From positions 38,070 to 102,069 of IMG/VR virus record IMGVR_UViG_3300012933_000331: a stretch of DNA of 64,000 nt; one strand, 5' to 3'. The DNA comes from a virus (taxonomy: Duplodnaviria; Heunggongvirae; Uroviricota; Caudoviricetes). The notes beneath the pieces were generated by a model. The model searched no databases. It was not told where the DNA came from and saw nothing but the letters and a program-made list of their open reading frames with translations. How positions within the stretch are numbered: the stretch's first letter is position 1; each line of letters begins with the position of its first letter. The position numbers and the translations under genes are program-made. Positions 10,427 through 20,358 of this stretch are shown here, piece by piece.

Positions 10427-12343
10427 TTAAGCTACGTAACGTAGAGCGGAAACTGCACCGCCTAGGTTTGTTGTAACTTGAGTCATGCCGGTACGTAGGC
10501 TAGCTACCATAACACGGCGTTGTGTTTCTACCAAGTCTTGTGTGTCAACACGCAGACCACGCTGGTTACCAACCAGGAAGTTACCTGGGTTGAAACAGAT
10601 AGCGCCCACAGCGTCAGCTGCTTTGTCTGCAAATTCAGCGCTTACGATAACTGGAGTGTTACCAACTGCACCGATTTGACCTGTTAACAGAGTGGCTTGT
10701 TGACCAACTTTGTCGACTGTTAGGAAGTTTGTATCTTCTAGCAGGTCGTAGTAACCTTCTGTGGAAACGATATAAACCAATTCTGAAGGATCCAGACCCC
10801 AGGCACCTAGGTCACGACGCATAGCTTGCAGTTTTGCAACTGTCATTTTAGCGGCATCAGAGATGTCTAGAGTAACTGCGCTTACTGCGTCGTAAGTTGC
10901 CAGACCTTTAACTGGATCGCTACCGGAACCAGCACCACGTAACATAGCACGGTCAACAGCGCGAGCAACACGGCGAACCATAGCGTCACGGATAACAGGC
11001 ATAATTGCCAGTAAGCTGTCTTCTTCTTCTTCGTATGCAACGTATTCGTTTGTAGCAACTTTATACGCGTTCAAAGTGATTTCTTTTAGCGCGTGTGTTG
11101 CTTCTGTACCAGCAGAAGCTGTTGAACCGAACGCTGTGTTAGCCATCCATGTAGCAACACCAGCTTCTGGGTTCACAGGAATAGTCATTACGTTGGTCTG
11201 CATAGTGATACCACGCAGGTTAGGGGCAACCACTAAACGACGGCGAACTTCGTTTTCCATGTTTGTGGATACTTCTAATTCCCAAGTTGCGCTTGGAACG
11301 TGAGCACCGTACTTTTGAACCATTTGCTGGCCAAACTTAGTACCTTCTAGAGCCTTACCAGCCATTTTAGCTAGGATAACGGCCTTTTCTTTGTCAGCAT
11401 AAGACATTTCACCGGCTTTGCCGTCTGTGAATTGCATACGTGACTTTTGGATAGCTTCTAGTTCAGCAGCTTTCTCTTTTAGGCTGGCTTCTAGACCTGC
11501 AACAACAGATTTAGTTTCATCAGCTTGAGCAGCAAAACGCTTCTCAACTTCAGCCAATAGTGCTTCAGCACCAGTTGTGGTTGGTGTTGCTAGAGCAACA
11601 GCAGCCTTGATTTTTGCGTCTAAGTCAGCAGCTTCTTTGTCAGCAAGTGCTTTTTCAGCAGCTGCTTTTTCTTGTGCAGCTAGCAGGGACTTAGTGGCTT
11701 GCTCAGCGGCAGCGGCCAACATTTTTTGTAGTTCTTCTGGAGTCATTTCCAATTCCTTTGTGATATCGCTTTTTGCATCGCCGGAGGCTTCTAGCCCTTT
11801 AGCTGAGTCGCTTGGGGTAGCAAATTGCATTTTGAAACTCTTAAATTCTTCGGCCGTTGAAAACGCCTTAGAAAGACTAAATAGTGTATTTTGATTAGCT
11901 GGCACAGACACAACTGATATTTCGTGTAGTTCCAGTTCTTTTACAACAAACAGCTCTAAGGCTGAATTATATTCCGCATCTACGATACGGAAACCAATGC
12001 TAAAGGCGGTTAGCACGCCGTCTTTTACAAGATTAAAAACATCCTCAGCTGCTGCAGAAATTCTTGCTTTTACATACAAGCCTTTCTCATCAACGCGGTG
12101 ATCAGTCATTCGTCCAACCGGTTCTGAGTGGTCGTGGTACGCAAGAATTACTGGATTTTTCAAATAATTCTTAATACCCGCTTCCCACACACTGGCTGGA
12201 ACAATGTCACCGTGTCTGTCAACGTCGTTGGTTGAAGCGTAACCTTCGATGGTCACACTATCAATCTTGCCGTCAGCAGTTGGTAGAGGTTCACTCTTTG
12301 TAAAAGAACTGCTAAAAAACAGTACTTTATTTTTATCTACCAT
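10427..12343 (-). CDS. Fused prohead protease, scaffold (delta) domain and HK97-fold major capsid protein.
   Basis: The N-terminal ~170 aa resemble HK97-family (U35) prohead proteases (…HGDIVPASVWEAG…ILAYHDHSEPVG…). The middle is an Ala/Glu/Lys-rich coiled coil. The C-terminal ~300 aa have a capsid-like composition. Confidence 0.65.
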   Translation of the reverse strand: MVDKNKVLFFSSSFTKSEPLPTADGKIDSVTIEGYASTNDVDRHGDIVPASVWEAGIKNYLKNPVILAYHDHSEPVGRMTDHRVDEKGLYVKARISAAAEDVFNLVKDGVLTAFSIGFRIVDAEYNSALELFVVKELELHEISVVSVPANQNTLFSLSKAFSTAEEFKSFKMQFATPSDSAKGLEASGDAKSDITKELEMTPEELQKMLAAAAEQATKSLLAAQEKAAAEKALADKEAADLDAKIKAAVALATPTTTGAEALLAEVEKRFAAQADETKSVVAGLEASLKEKAAELEAIQKSRMQFTDGKAGEMSYADKEKAVILAKMAGKALEGTKFGQQMVQKYGAHVPSATWELEVSTNMENEVRRRLVVAPNLRGITMQTNVMTIPVNPEAGVATWMANTAFGSTASAGTEATHALKEITLNAYKVATNEYVAYEEEEDSLLAIMPVIRDAMVRRVARAVDRAMLRGAGSGSDPVKGLATYDAVSAVTLDISDAAKMTVAKLQAMRRDLGAWGLDPSELVYIVSTEGYYDLLEDTNFLTVDKVGQQATLLTGQIGAVGNTPVIVSAEFADKAADAVGAICFNPGNFLVGNQRGLRVDTQDLVETQRRVMVASLRTGMTQVTTNLGGAVSALRYVA

Positions 12344-12357
12344 AATACCCCTTTGTG

Positions 12358-13542
12358 TTATTCCTTAGCGGAGGCGGGTCGTCCTCCAGTACTAGGATTT
12401 GCGGCTGAACCTGCAATATTTGCAGGGATTCGTAAATCATCATTGCCAGTTTTAGACTCGTAACGAAGTTCTACGCGAGCTTCGTTGGGAGTAATAATAC
12501 CGGCATTTACCAGCGTTGAATGATACGCGGCAATGTCTTTTAGTTCGGGCTGTAGGGCACTAACGGAGCTGGTAATAGCTTCTACGTCGTAACCAAAGTA
12601 ACGCTCAACTGCACTGATAAACTTACGATTAATTGGTAATACTGTTTCTAAGTAGAATAAGCGTAAGTTAGGGGAGATGTTAGCGTTGTTACCGCCTTGC
12701 AACAGAATCGGTGGGACACCAACTGCTTGCATGATTTTTTCTGCATGAGTTTTAATCGACTGATCAAAATCCATGTCTTTGAAGTTTGTTTCGGCTAGCT
12801 GATGTGGCTTTAGGCCCGAATCCAAGATAACTGGACGCTTGCCGCCGTTTTTTACATTGTACTTTTGTAACCAGTAAGCAATTGTTTTTTCCTTGGCAAC
12901 TTGCGACAGTGTGTTGTCAGTTGTTAGTACTAGGCCAAACACAGCACCGTTGTCAAAGAAGCTTTCTTGAAACTGCTGCATTGAGTACAGTAATTTAACG
13001 CTGCGATCTGCACTTTGCAATCTGCTTGATCCACGATAGATTGAATCGCTGGCCAGGTCACGAAAGTAAAAAACTTCGGACTCTTTGAAGTCTACTGCAC
13101 CATTGTAGCGAAAGCCTTTGATAAAGGTCTTTTCGTCTGTTAAGATTTCTACCTTGTCGGCTGGCAAGTGATACATAAACACACCATCAAAGTGTACAAA
13201 TGCATTGCCTTCTAGTACAAAGTCTGTGAATAATGCTGTGCGAAAATCTTGTGCACTCTGATAAGGATTAGGACGGAAGTTAAGTAGTGTATTAAGCGTC
13301 TTTTGACGAATACCAGTTACTACGCCGTCATGTACTTTGTCTTTGATATCGTAGTCTAGCGAGCTAGCTGCCGATACCAGCATGCTTACACTTCGGTTAA
13401 CTGCTTCTAGTTTCTGAAAGCTTTGAAAGTATGTGACCTTAACGTCACTGCCAATTTGCGTTCCAGCGTCTTGCGCTATTCGTGTTTGTGCTGGGTTCAG
13501 CTTTTCGCGAATCCAGTCTTGTGATTTTGTTATCCAACTCAT
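12358..13542 (-). CDS. Portal protein.
   Basis: 394 aa, located between the terminase/HNH genes and the protease-capsid gene; portal-sized. Confidence 0.65.
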   Translation of the reverse strand: MSWITKSQDWIREKLNPAQTRIAQDAGTQIGSDVKVTYFQSFQKLEAVNRSVSMLVSAASSLDYDIKDKVHDGVVTGIRQKTLNTLLNFRPNPYQSAQDFRTALFTDFVLEGNAFVHFDGVFMYHLPADKVEILTDEKTFIKGFRYNGAVDFKESEVFYFRDLASDSIYRGSSRLQSADRSVKLLYSMQQFQESFFDNGAVFGLVLTTDNTLSQVAKEKTIAYWLQKYNVKNGGKRPVILDSGLKPHQLAETNFKDMDFDQSIKTHAEKIMQAVGVPPILLQGGNNANISPNLRLFYLETVLPINRKFISAVERYFGYDVEAITSSVSALQPELKDIAAYHSTLVNAGIITPNEARVELRYESKTGNDDLRIPANIAGSAANPSTGGRPASAKE

Positions 13543-13551
13543 GTTTTACCC

Positions 13552-13983
13552 TTATATGAACCTAGAGAAAAATGAGTTGTGTGTAGAAGTTGGTACGCTT
13601 TTATCACCATGTACGTGCTTTTGGCGCTGTAATTCAATCCATCGCTGCTGCTTAGGTTCTGAACCTACAGAAGGGGCTTTTCCATAAATGGAGTGTAACG
13701 CTACATGATGTGGATTACAAAGGGTGTAAACCTTGTCATATAACTCTACTTTGTGCTCTTCAATAAATTCATCACGAACAGCTAAAATGCCTTCGTCAGT
13801 TGATATGTCGTAACCTTTTCTATCAGCCCACGTTTCTAAAAGTATTGTGATTGAATGTAAATGATGTAGCTCTAAGTCTTTATCAGTATCGCAGATAAAG
13901 CACTGAGATTTTTTATCGTATGCTGCCTTCGCTCGGTCGCGAACCCACTTAACTGGGATACGTTTATTTGTGTTCTTGGCCAT
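13552..13983 (-). CDS. HNH endonuclease, packaging-associated.
   Basis: CxxC…HHLH…N…CNPHH motifs, and the usual position next to terminase and portal. Confidence 0.7.
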   Translation of the reverse strand: MAKNTNKRIPVKWVRDRAKAAYDKKSQCFICDTDKDLELHHLHSITILLETWADRKGYDISTDEGILAVRDEFIEEHKVELYDKVYTLCNPHHVALHSIYGKAPSVGSEPKQQRWIELQRQKHVHGDKSVPTSTHNSFFSRFI

Positions 13984-14124
13984 GTTTTAATTGGACCTCT
14001 TGAGATTACTAGTATTATACATGGTTAGATCAAAAATGTCAATACCATATTTTTTGTTGCAGGTCGTATATTTTAACTTGCCTTCAGAATCCAAAACGAG
14101 TATAATTGAATTTTTAGGAGAAAT

Positions 14125-14706
14125 ATGGCTAGCGGAATCTATAGGCTTACCTTCTCAAGTGGGAAGTTTTATATCGGCAAATCACTTGACCTTGAAACCC
14201 GCTGGAAACAGCATTTTAATAAGTTTGCAACTGGCAAAGCTGCCAGACCAATGCAGGTAGAGTACGACCGATGTGGACTACCCCAAACAGAGGCAATTTT
14301 TCTTTGTCACCAAGATCATATCGATATCATGGAAGAGTGGTTGATCGACCAATTTAAATGTGGTGATATGCTTAACACCACATATCCAAAATTAGAACGC
14401 ACAGATGAAATTGCCGACCTTATCAATTCAAATCGCGAACTGCTTGAGTTGTGTACCTGGGACCACTTAAAGATTATTAGCAGTGCACAATCAAAAATCA
14501 ACCAAGCAGACGAAGCCAGAGAACTAGCAGAAGAAGCACTGTCTGAGTACAAAGATAGTGGTTATATTATTGACCAAGACTACAAGGATTTGCTGGCACT
14601 CACCAATGAGTTCAAGAACAGGTACTTTGACCATAAAACTGAACTACAGCGACTGCAAAAGCTTGGCTGGTGGGACAGGTTATTTAGTTACAAAGTATAC
14701 GTGTAA
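14125..14706 (+). CDS. GIY-YIG homing endonuclease.
   Basis: N-terminal GIYRLTF…GKFYIGKS…ETRWKQH motifs. It is a lone plus-strand gene inserted between the minus-strand HNH and terminase genes and overlaps the terminase 3' end. Confidence 0.8.
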   Translation: MASGIYRLTFSSGKFYIGKSLDLETRWKQHFNKFATGKAARPMQVEYDRCGLPQTEAIFLCHQDHIDIMEEWLIDQFKCGDMLNTTYPKLERTDEIADLINSNRELLELCTWDHLKIISSAQSKINQADEARELAEEALSEYKDSGYIIDQDYKDLLALTNEFKNRYFDHKTELQRLQKLGWWDRLFSYKVYV

Positions 14707-15974
14707 AGTGCGTAACGAATAGCATCAGCCATGTGAGAGTAGTCGTCGTGCTTTGGGCGTTCTTTTTGCAAACCTTCTTTGGTGTCCCAGCGATACTGGT
14801 CAAACACTGCCAAGCAATGTGTACAGTGTGGTGCGACTTTGAGTCGACCTTGTGAGATTAAAGTCTGCACATACGCAATGCCTGGTAGTACATCTTTTTT
14901 GGCTTTTGTTGAGGCCAGGTCGTAGATGTAGGCAAGGTCACTGGCAAACTGTGCTGCAGCCGAATCAATAAATATTGTTTCTACGCCCCACTTGGCCGAC
15001 AGTTCTCGGAACGATTCGGCGTGTTGTGCTGTGGTAGCTTCATTTTTCAAGTACTCGTCTACTATCCAGAATGTATCTGCGATCTGGTCGTAAACAATTA
15101 CCACAAACGCTGTAAAATCACGATAACCAGGGTCACAGCCAGCAATGGCTTCGCCCAACAACCCTGGGGGACTTTCGCAAACATCGGTAACATCCAAACT
15201 ATAAATTTGACCCTCAAACACTGTGAACGAGGCCAAGTATTCTTGTTCAAATTCCGCACGCGACATAGCACGACGAGCTTCGGCAACATCCGACTCAGCC
15301 ATGCGAGTGTTTTCTGTGTAGTCCGCCTGCAAGCTAACCCATTCCGGAAAGTTAGGGTCAAATCCACGATTCCAAAATTGACTAAACCAGTTGTTGCGAC
15401 CACGAGGTGTTGAGATAAAAATCGCCTTGGCATTGGGCTTGTCTAGAGTAGGACGTAGTGCAACGTTAAACGCAGCCTCACCATCTTCACCTAGTGCGGC
15501 CTCATCAAAAATAATCAAATCATAGCTACGGCCAACACACGAATCCACAGTAGACAACGATCCCATACGAATGGTTGAACCATTTGACAATTCAATGATC
15601 TTGTCTTTTAAGTTATCACGCACAATCTCTAAGTCAAAGTGTTTGATCAACTTGCGTTGCAGCTCAAACGAAATTCCCGACAAGTTATAGTTTGGCGACA
15701 TGATTAAGACATTGCAGCCTGGTACTAAGGAGACCAGCTGTCCAACCACATTGGCAATATAAGTTTTGCCTAAACGACGTGCTAGTGCAGCACAAACAAA
15801 ACGATACTTGGGGTCGTTGACGGCATTGATCAGGGCCATTTGTGGACGATTGATGGTGTCCCAGATGCCCAATAGTTTAAGATAGTTGGTGATTGGCAGT
15901 TTGATAAAGCGACGATCAGCAGGAAATTCTACAATGTGATCTGACTCAACGTCGGCTCGAGAAATAGTTAACAT
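14688..15974 (-). CDS. terL: Terminase large subunit.
   Basis: 428 aa with an ATPase Walker-B-like segment (LIIFDEAA) followed by a nuclease-like C-terminus, adjacent to the portal gene. Confidence 0.85.
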   Translation of the reverse strand: MLTISRADVESDHIVEFPADRRFIKLPITNYLKLLGIWDTINRPQMALINAVNDPKYRFVCAALARRLGKTYIANVVGQLVSLVPGCNVLIMSPNYNLSGISFELQRKLIKHFDLEIVRDNLKDKIIELSNGSTIRMGSLSTVDSCVGRSYDLIIFDEAALGEDGEAAFNVALRPTLDKPNAKAIFISTPRGRNNWFSQFWNRGFDPNFPEWVSLQADYTENTRMAESDVAEARRAMSRAEFEQEYLASFTVFEGQIYSLDVTDVCESPPGLLGEAIAGCDPGYRDFTAFVVIVYDQIADTFWIVDEYLKNEATTAQHAESFRELSAKWGVETIFIDSAAAQFASDLAYIYDLASTKAKKDVLPGIAYVQTLISQGRLKVAPHCTHCLAVFDQYRWDTKEGLQKERPKHDDYSHMADAIRYALYTYTL

Positions 15975-16450
15975 TAAACACCATCTCCTGAAATCAAACG
16001 TGAAATTAAACTAGAATACTTTGATCCATCAAGTCCTTCATTGATTTGCACGTTTACTTGCTTTTGCGGGCCTCCAGGTGCAGCACGCAATTTTTCCAGT
16101 TGAATCTCGCGGTCTAGCAAGTCCATTGACATTTTATGTGAAAGCGCTAAGAGCTCGGATATGTCTTTGGTGGAGCCCGTGCCAGCTTCGTGCAGTTCCT
16201 GGAACTTTTGCTTGAGCAGTGCGTCCATGGCAGCACGCATTTGAAACTTGTTGTTAAAGCCTGTATCCATGAACACATGGTCAATATAACTCTTGACTTC
16301 ACGGCGCTTTAATATTTCGGTGACCAAGTCCGGTGATAAGTCCAGTTCATTGGCGACCTTTTTGGCATCTTGTAGTTGCAGGTAACAGTTTGCCACTTCC
16401 AGGGCTTCTGGGGCAATTTGTATGGTTTCAGCAGGTAAATTTTGCGTCAT
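15974..16450 (-). CDS. Terminase small subunit (putative).
   Basis: 158 aa, immediately upstream of terL with an overlapping stop/start; predicted helical and DNA-binding-like. Confidence 0.5.
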   Translation of the reverse strand: MTQNLPAETIQIAPEALEVANCYLQLQDAKKVANELDLSPDLVTEILKRREVKSYIDHVFMDTGFNNKFQMRAAMDALLKQKFQELHEAGTGSTKDISELLALSHKMSMDLLDREIQLEKLRAAPGGPQKQVNVQINEGLDGSKYSSLISRLISGDGV

Positions 16451-16700
16451 AATAATCCTCTTTGGGGCGATTATAACATGGGGGCGGGTCGGGTGGCAAG
16501 TGTGGAATTTTGGTGGAGGTTGGGGTCAGTTGGGACGTTTGGGCGGGTGTGGCGACTTAGGGTCGATTGGGACGCTTGTTGTTGGTTATGGCACCCAAAT
16601 GTGTTGTGGGATTTTTTTGAGTAGGCCGCGTGTGGGTGGGTCCCATAGCGTATGTGAAAACAAAGGTCTACAAACCGCCCCTGGTCTGTGAACGAAAGGT
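16451..16700. repeat. G/T-rich repeat region (TTGGGACG(T/C)TTG direct repeats and GGTTGGGG tracts) upstream of the small terminase gene. Candidate cos/pac site.
   Basis: Strong strand compositional skew and short direct repeats. It sits in the divergent intergenic region where terminase recognition sites usually lie. Confidence 0.35.
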
Positions 16701-16747
16701 TACATAGGGTAAATACCTAGAAAATAATTGTGTAAATGCTTGCACGA

Positions 16748-16777
16748 CTCCAATTCTTTGATATAATACATACATGA
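16748..16777 (+). promoter_or_regulatory. sigma70-like promoter: CTTGCA, 17-nt spacer, TATAAT.
   Basis: Read directly from the sequence. Confidence 0.5.
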
Positions 16778-16962
16778 CAACGAAAGACACTATGACTCTC
16801 TCACCTCGCACTGTTGACCTGGCTTTGGAATTCATGTATAGCAATTTGGACTGCTACAAAAGCAATGCACGCAAAGGTTATTACAATGAGGAACAAATGG
16901 TTTATGTTTCGCAAATGATAGAAGATTTGGAAACAGCTATTGAAGAATTGAAACCACTGTGA
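16774..16962 (+). CDS. Hypothetical early protein (62 aa).
   Basis: ORF directly downstream of the promoter. Confidence 0.4.
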   Translation: MTTKDTMTLSPRTVDLALEFMYSNLDCYKSNARKGYYNEEQMVYVSQMIEDLETAIEELKPL

Positions 16963-16994
16963 TATACTAGACTCATCGCAACAAGGAAACAAAC

Positions 16995-17090
16995 ATGACT
17001 AAGATTAAAGAATTTTTGGATTTGGCATTGTGCATGGCTTGCATTGCCCTGCCTTTTGTGTTATACTTTGCTTTTGTAATGAAGCCTTGA
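16995..17090 (+). CDS. Small hydrophobic peptide (31 aa).
   Basis: RBS aaggaaac precedes the ATG; the peptide is predicted transmembrane. Confidence 0.3.
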   Translation: MTKIKEFLDLALCMACIALPFVLYFAFVMKP

Positions 17091-17129
17091 TTTTCTCTTT
17101 CCCTTCCCTTAACTTTTTAGGATTTTAAA

Positions 17130-17453
17130 ATGACTGCAAAAACTGTAAACTATACCCCAGAACAAACTGCAAAAATGGTAGCCGATTATGCGGCTGGCGT
17201 TACTGTAGAACAAATGGCCTCAGAATTGGGCAAAACTGTTCGTTCTATTGTTGCCAAGCTCTCACGCGAAAAGGTTTACAAGGCTAAGACTTATGTATCC
17301 AAGACTGGTGAGGCTGTAATCAAAAAGGATACAGTTGCCGACTACATTGGCGAGGCTTTGGGCTTGACCGAAGCTGATACAGAATCGCTAACAAAAGCTA
17401 ACAAAAACGCTTTGAAGGCTATTGCTGATTTCATCAAGGCTGAAAAGACTTGA
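17130..17453 (+). CDS. Member of the multicopy HTH-domain family (107 aa).
   Basis: Contains …GKTVRSIVAKLSREKVYKAKTYVSK…. Paralogs are at 21645, 23198, 25068(-), 53196 and 58024. Confidence 0.6.
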   Translation: MTAKTVNYTPEQTAKMVADYAAGVTVEQMASELGKTVRSIVAKLSREKVYKAKTYVSKTGEAVIKKDTVADYIGEALGLTEADTESLTKANKNALKAIADFIKAEKT

Positions 17454-17454
17454 A

Positions 17455-17645
17455 TACAAAGGGCTTAACGCCCTTTGCTCACAGAAATGAATACTTTTGT
17501 TTCTGTGGGCGCCGATTATACCACAGTATAATCGCCCGTGTCAAGGGTTTGGTGATTGATTTTTTCAATAGGGGCGATTGATAAATACAATGACCAAACA
17601 CTTGCCAACACTCTAACCCGTGATATAATTCACTCATGAACAAAC
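17455..17645. repeat. Promoter/hairpin cassette copy 1 (core GCGCC…CGTGTCAAG at 17508..17544).
   Basis: Same architecture as the cassettes at 18114, 19141, 20636, 21384 and 22519. The minus strand reads TTGACA-18-TATAAT; the plus strand has an extended -10 (CCGTGNTATAAT). Confidence 0.6.
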
Positions 17646-17783
17646 AAGATAGAATTTATGCGGTATGGGCTATGAATGGCGCATACTATGATGCCATTAT
17701 GAATTCGTGCCCTGCATGGGTTTTGAATTCAGATTTGGATTTTGATTTTGACGATTGGTTTTATTCTCAGATTGGATTGTAAT

Positions 17784-18113
17784 ATGTTTAACCTTTATGA
17801 ATATATTAAGTTTCTCAAATTAAAAAGGCCCGTTAATTTGCGGATTATAACCCGCAAGAATAAATGGGCAGATGCCGAATATGAGGCAGAATATTCAGAT
17901 AATGGCCGATTGCTTGAACATTGCATTACGGTATATTATAAGAATAATACCCGTGATTTGGATGTATTAATTGCTCATGAATTAATCCATGCTTGGCAAG
18001 AAGAAAATAAAGCGTGTGAAACACATGGGCCAGCGTTTATTAAATATGCACGCAAAATGGAAAAACATTTTGGCTTAAAAGAAATTTATATTCCAGATGT
18101 TGACTTAGAATGA
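17784..18113 (+). CDS. SprT-like zinc metalloprotease.
   Basis: HELIHAW…GHGPAF motif. Confidence 0.55.
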   Translation: MFNLYEYIKFLKLKRPVNLRIITRKNKWADAEYEAEYSDNGRLLEHCITVYYKNNTRDLDVLIAHELIHAWQEENKACETHGPAFIKYARKMEKHFGLKEIYIPDVDLE

Positions 18114-18323
18114 ATACCTTTGGTTGCAAACAAAAATGAATACTTTTGTTTGCAATCGGGGGCGCCAATTATATCACATATAATTGGGCCGTGTCAAGGG
18201 TTTTGCGATTGATTTTTTCAATGGGCACGATTGATAAATACAATCGAAATATTTGTGTGAGTTGGGGACAGTTGGGGAAAAGCCGTGTATAATTGACACA
18301 TCAACACAGAACAGAGGTTCAAA
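18114..18323. repeat. Promoter/hairpin cassette copy 2.
   Basis: ttgcaaacaaaaatgaatacttttgtttgcaa hairpin followed by gcgccaattatatcacatataattgggccgtgtcaag. Confidence 0.6.
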
Positions 18324-18800
18324 ATGGCAAAGATTACTAAAGTTAGCATTTACGACATGGATGGTACTATTGTTTGCAGTTTGCACAGATACCGCACAAT
18401 TGTTGACGATAATGGTGAACGCATTGATTTGAATTATTGGAGAGAAAACGAATATCGCGCAATGGATGATTCTCTTTTGCCATTGGCCTCACAATATCGC
18501 AAAGATTTAAAAGATGAAAATACTTTTGTGATTATTGCAACTGCCCGTGTTTTGCGTGAAGCTGATAATACATTTATTCGTGATATTCTCGGTGAACCTG
18601 ATTATATTATTTCTCGCATGGATGGTGATTCTACATCAGGCGGTAAATTGAAAATCGCTGGTTTGGCTAAATTCTTTAATCTCAAGAATTTCAAAGATGC
18701 TGAATTTACATTTTATGAAGATAATACCACTTATTTGAAAGCGGTTTGTGATCGTTTCAATATCCGTGGTGTTTATGTTCCTTCAAAACAAGGTCACTAA
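18324..18800 (+). CDS. HAD-superfamily hydrolase or phosphatase.
   Basis: N-terminal SIYDMDGTIV, matching HAD motif I (DxDGT). Confidence 0.55.
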   Translation: MAKITKVSIYDMDGTIVCSLHRYRTIVDDNGERIDLNYWRENEYRAMDDSLLPLASQYRKDLKDENTFVIIATARVLREADNTFIRDILGEPDYIISRMDGDSTSGGKLKIAGLAKFFNLKNFKDAEFTFYEDNTTYLKAVCDRFNIRGVYVPSKQGH

Positions 18801-18849
18801 AATATAATCCCTTCGGGGATTATATCCTCAAATTAATCTGGAGAATAAA

Positions 18850-19140
18850 ATGGTTGAATTAATTGTTTATATGGCTGGCGTGATTATTATGATGATTGCA
18901 TTTGCAATTAGAACAGAAAATGCCGATATTGCACCCGCACTCATTATTTCTGCATTTTGGCCAATATCAATTGTGGTAATGATCGTTATTAAATGTCTAT
19001 GGATTATTAATTGGGATATGGATATTGTAGGAACAGATAAATGGTTTCATTATAGAAAACCAACTAATCCAGAAGTTAGGGGTTTTGCCATTAACTTATT
19101 CAAACTAGAATTTCAATTTTGGCAGAAACGTAAAAATTAA
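18850..19140 (+). CDS. Small membrane protein (96 aa).
   Basis: Two predicted hydrophobic helices. Confidence 0.4.
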   Translation: MVELIVYMAGVIIMMIAFAIRTENADIAPALIISAFWPISIVVMIVIKCLWIINWDMDIVGTDKWFHYRKPTNPEVRGFAINLFKLEFQFWQKRKN

Positions 19141-19382
19141 CACTTTTGTTTGCAAACCAAAAATGAATACTTTGGTTTGCAAGTTTGCGCCAATATTATA
19201 CTATATAATATTTGGCCGTGTCAATAGGGTAAACCCCTAATTTGCGCAAATACAACAAAAAATATTTTTAAAAAATTTTTGCGTGTGGCGTGACTTTTGG
19301 GCAAAACCCGTGTATAATACATTCATTGGAGCAAAACGCTACAATCTGCGAATTCCGGCAGTATCCGGTAATTGGAAACTAA
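19141..19382. repeat. Promoter/hairpin cassette copy 3.
   Basis: Same core motif as the other copies, at 19187..19224. Confidence 0.55.
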
Positions 19383-20081
19383 ATGGCTAAAAAACAATTC
19401 TTTGCGATTCTCGACACTGAAACCACAATTGAAAATACCGTGGCCGATTTTGCCATTATTATCGTTGACCGTCAAGGCAAAATCCATAATCAATGCGCTG
19501 TTTTGATTAATGGCCATTATAATAATTTTGAATTGTTTCACGACAAAAAAGCCAACGATATTTGGGGCTATGCCGGTTTGGAAAAACGCAAAGCCAATTA
19601 TGTCAAAATGCTGGATAATGGTACACGTATGCTGGCCTCAGTTAATGCGGTTAATAAATGGATTAATCAAGCCATTGGCAAATATGACCCTATTTTGACG
19701 GCCTATAATCTGGCTTTTGATTTGGATAAATGCCAAAATACTGATATTGATTTGTCGGGTTTCTCGAATAAGTTTTGTTTGTGGCAAGCGGCTATTGGTA
19801 ATATCTGCAATTCTCGCAAATATAAACAATTTGTTTTGGATAATCATTTGTTCAATAAACCTACAGTTAATCACAATATGACATTTTCCACAACTGCTGA
19901 ATCAGTTTGCGGGTTTATTGATGGTGAATTTAAAATCGAGCCTCATACTGCCTTAGAAGATGCCCGAGATTTTGAATTGCCGATTTTGCAAGCCATTGTA
20001 AATAAGCGTGACTGGCGCGAGAAAATGACCCCATATAATTGGAAACAGTTTCAGGTTAAAAATCACTTTAAAGCGGCTTGA
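19383..20081 (+). CDS. DEDDh 3'-5' exonuclease (DnaQ/RNase T-like).
   Basis: AILDTETT (Exo I) and HTALEDA (Exo III) motifs. Confidence 0.6.
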   Translation: MAKKQFFAILDTETTIENTVADFAIIIVDRQGKIHNQCAVLINGHYNNFELFHDKKANDIWGYAGLEKRKANYVKMLDNGTRMLASVNAVNKWINQAIGKYDPILTAYNLAFDLDKCQNTDIDLSGFSNKFCLWQAAIGNICNSRKYKQFVLDNHLFNKPTVNHNMTFSTTAESVCGFIDGEFKIEPHTALEDARDFELPILQAIVNKRDWREKMTPYNWKQFQVKNHFKAA

Positions 20082-20208
20082 TATAGGGGGCGATTATGAA
20101 AACACTTTGGATAATCGCCCTCTGTTTGCATTTATTGGAGGATAAACGGCTTGATTCTGAAATAGATAAAAAGCCTTTTAATATTCAAACTCAAACGGAG
20201 ATTATATA

Positions 20209-20358
20209 ATGGATAATACAAACAAATTATGTGAGAATTGCGAAATTGGCCATTATGAGGAAACTAGCGTAATGGATGATATTAATGGGGTATTACATTG
20301 CAATGAATGTAATAATCAAATTGACAGATATTCGCCAGATAATGGGGAGAATGAATAA
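20209..20358 (+). CDS. Small zinc-ribbon protein (49 aa).
   Basis: CENC…CNEC motif pairs. Its stop overlaps the next gene's ATG. Confidence 0.4.
   Translation: MDNTNKLCENCEIGHYEETSVMDDINGVLHCNECNNQIDRYSPDNGENE

Noticed and set aside
17455-17470. Possible terminator aagggcttaacgcccttt
   Set aside because: Hairpin present but no U-run. Treated as part of cassette 1 rather than called separately.
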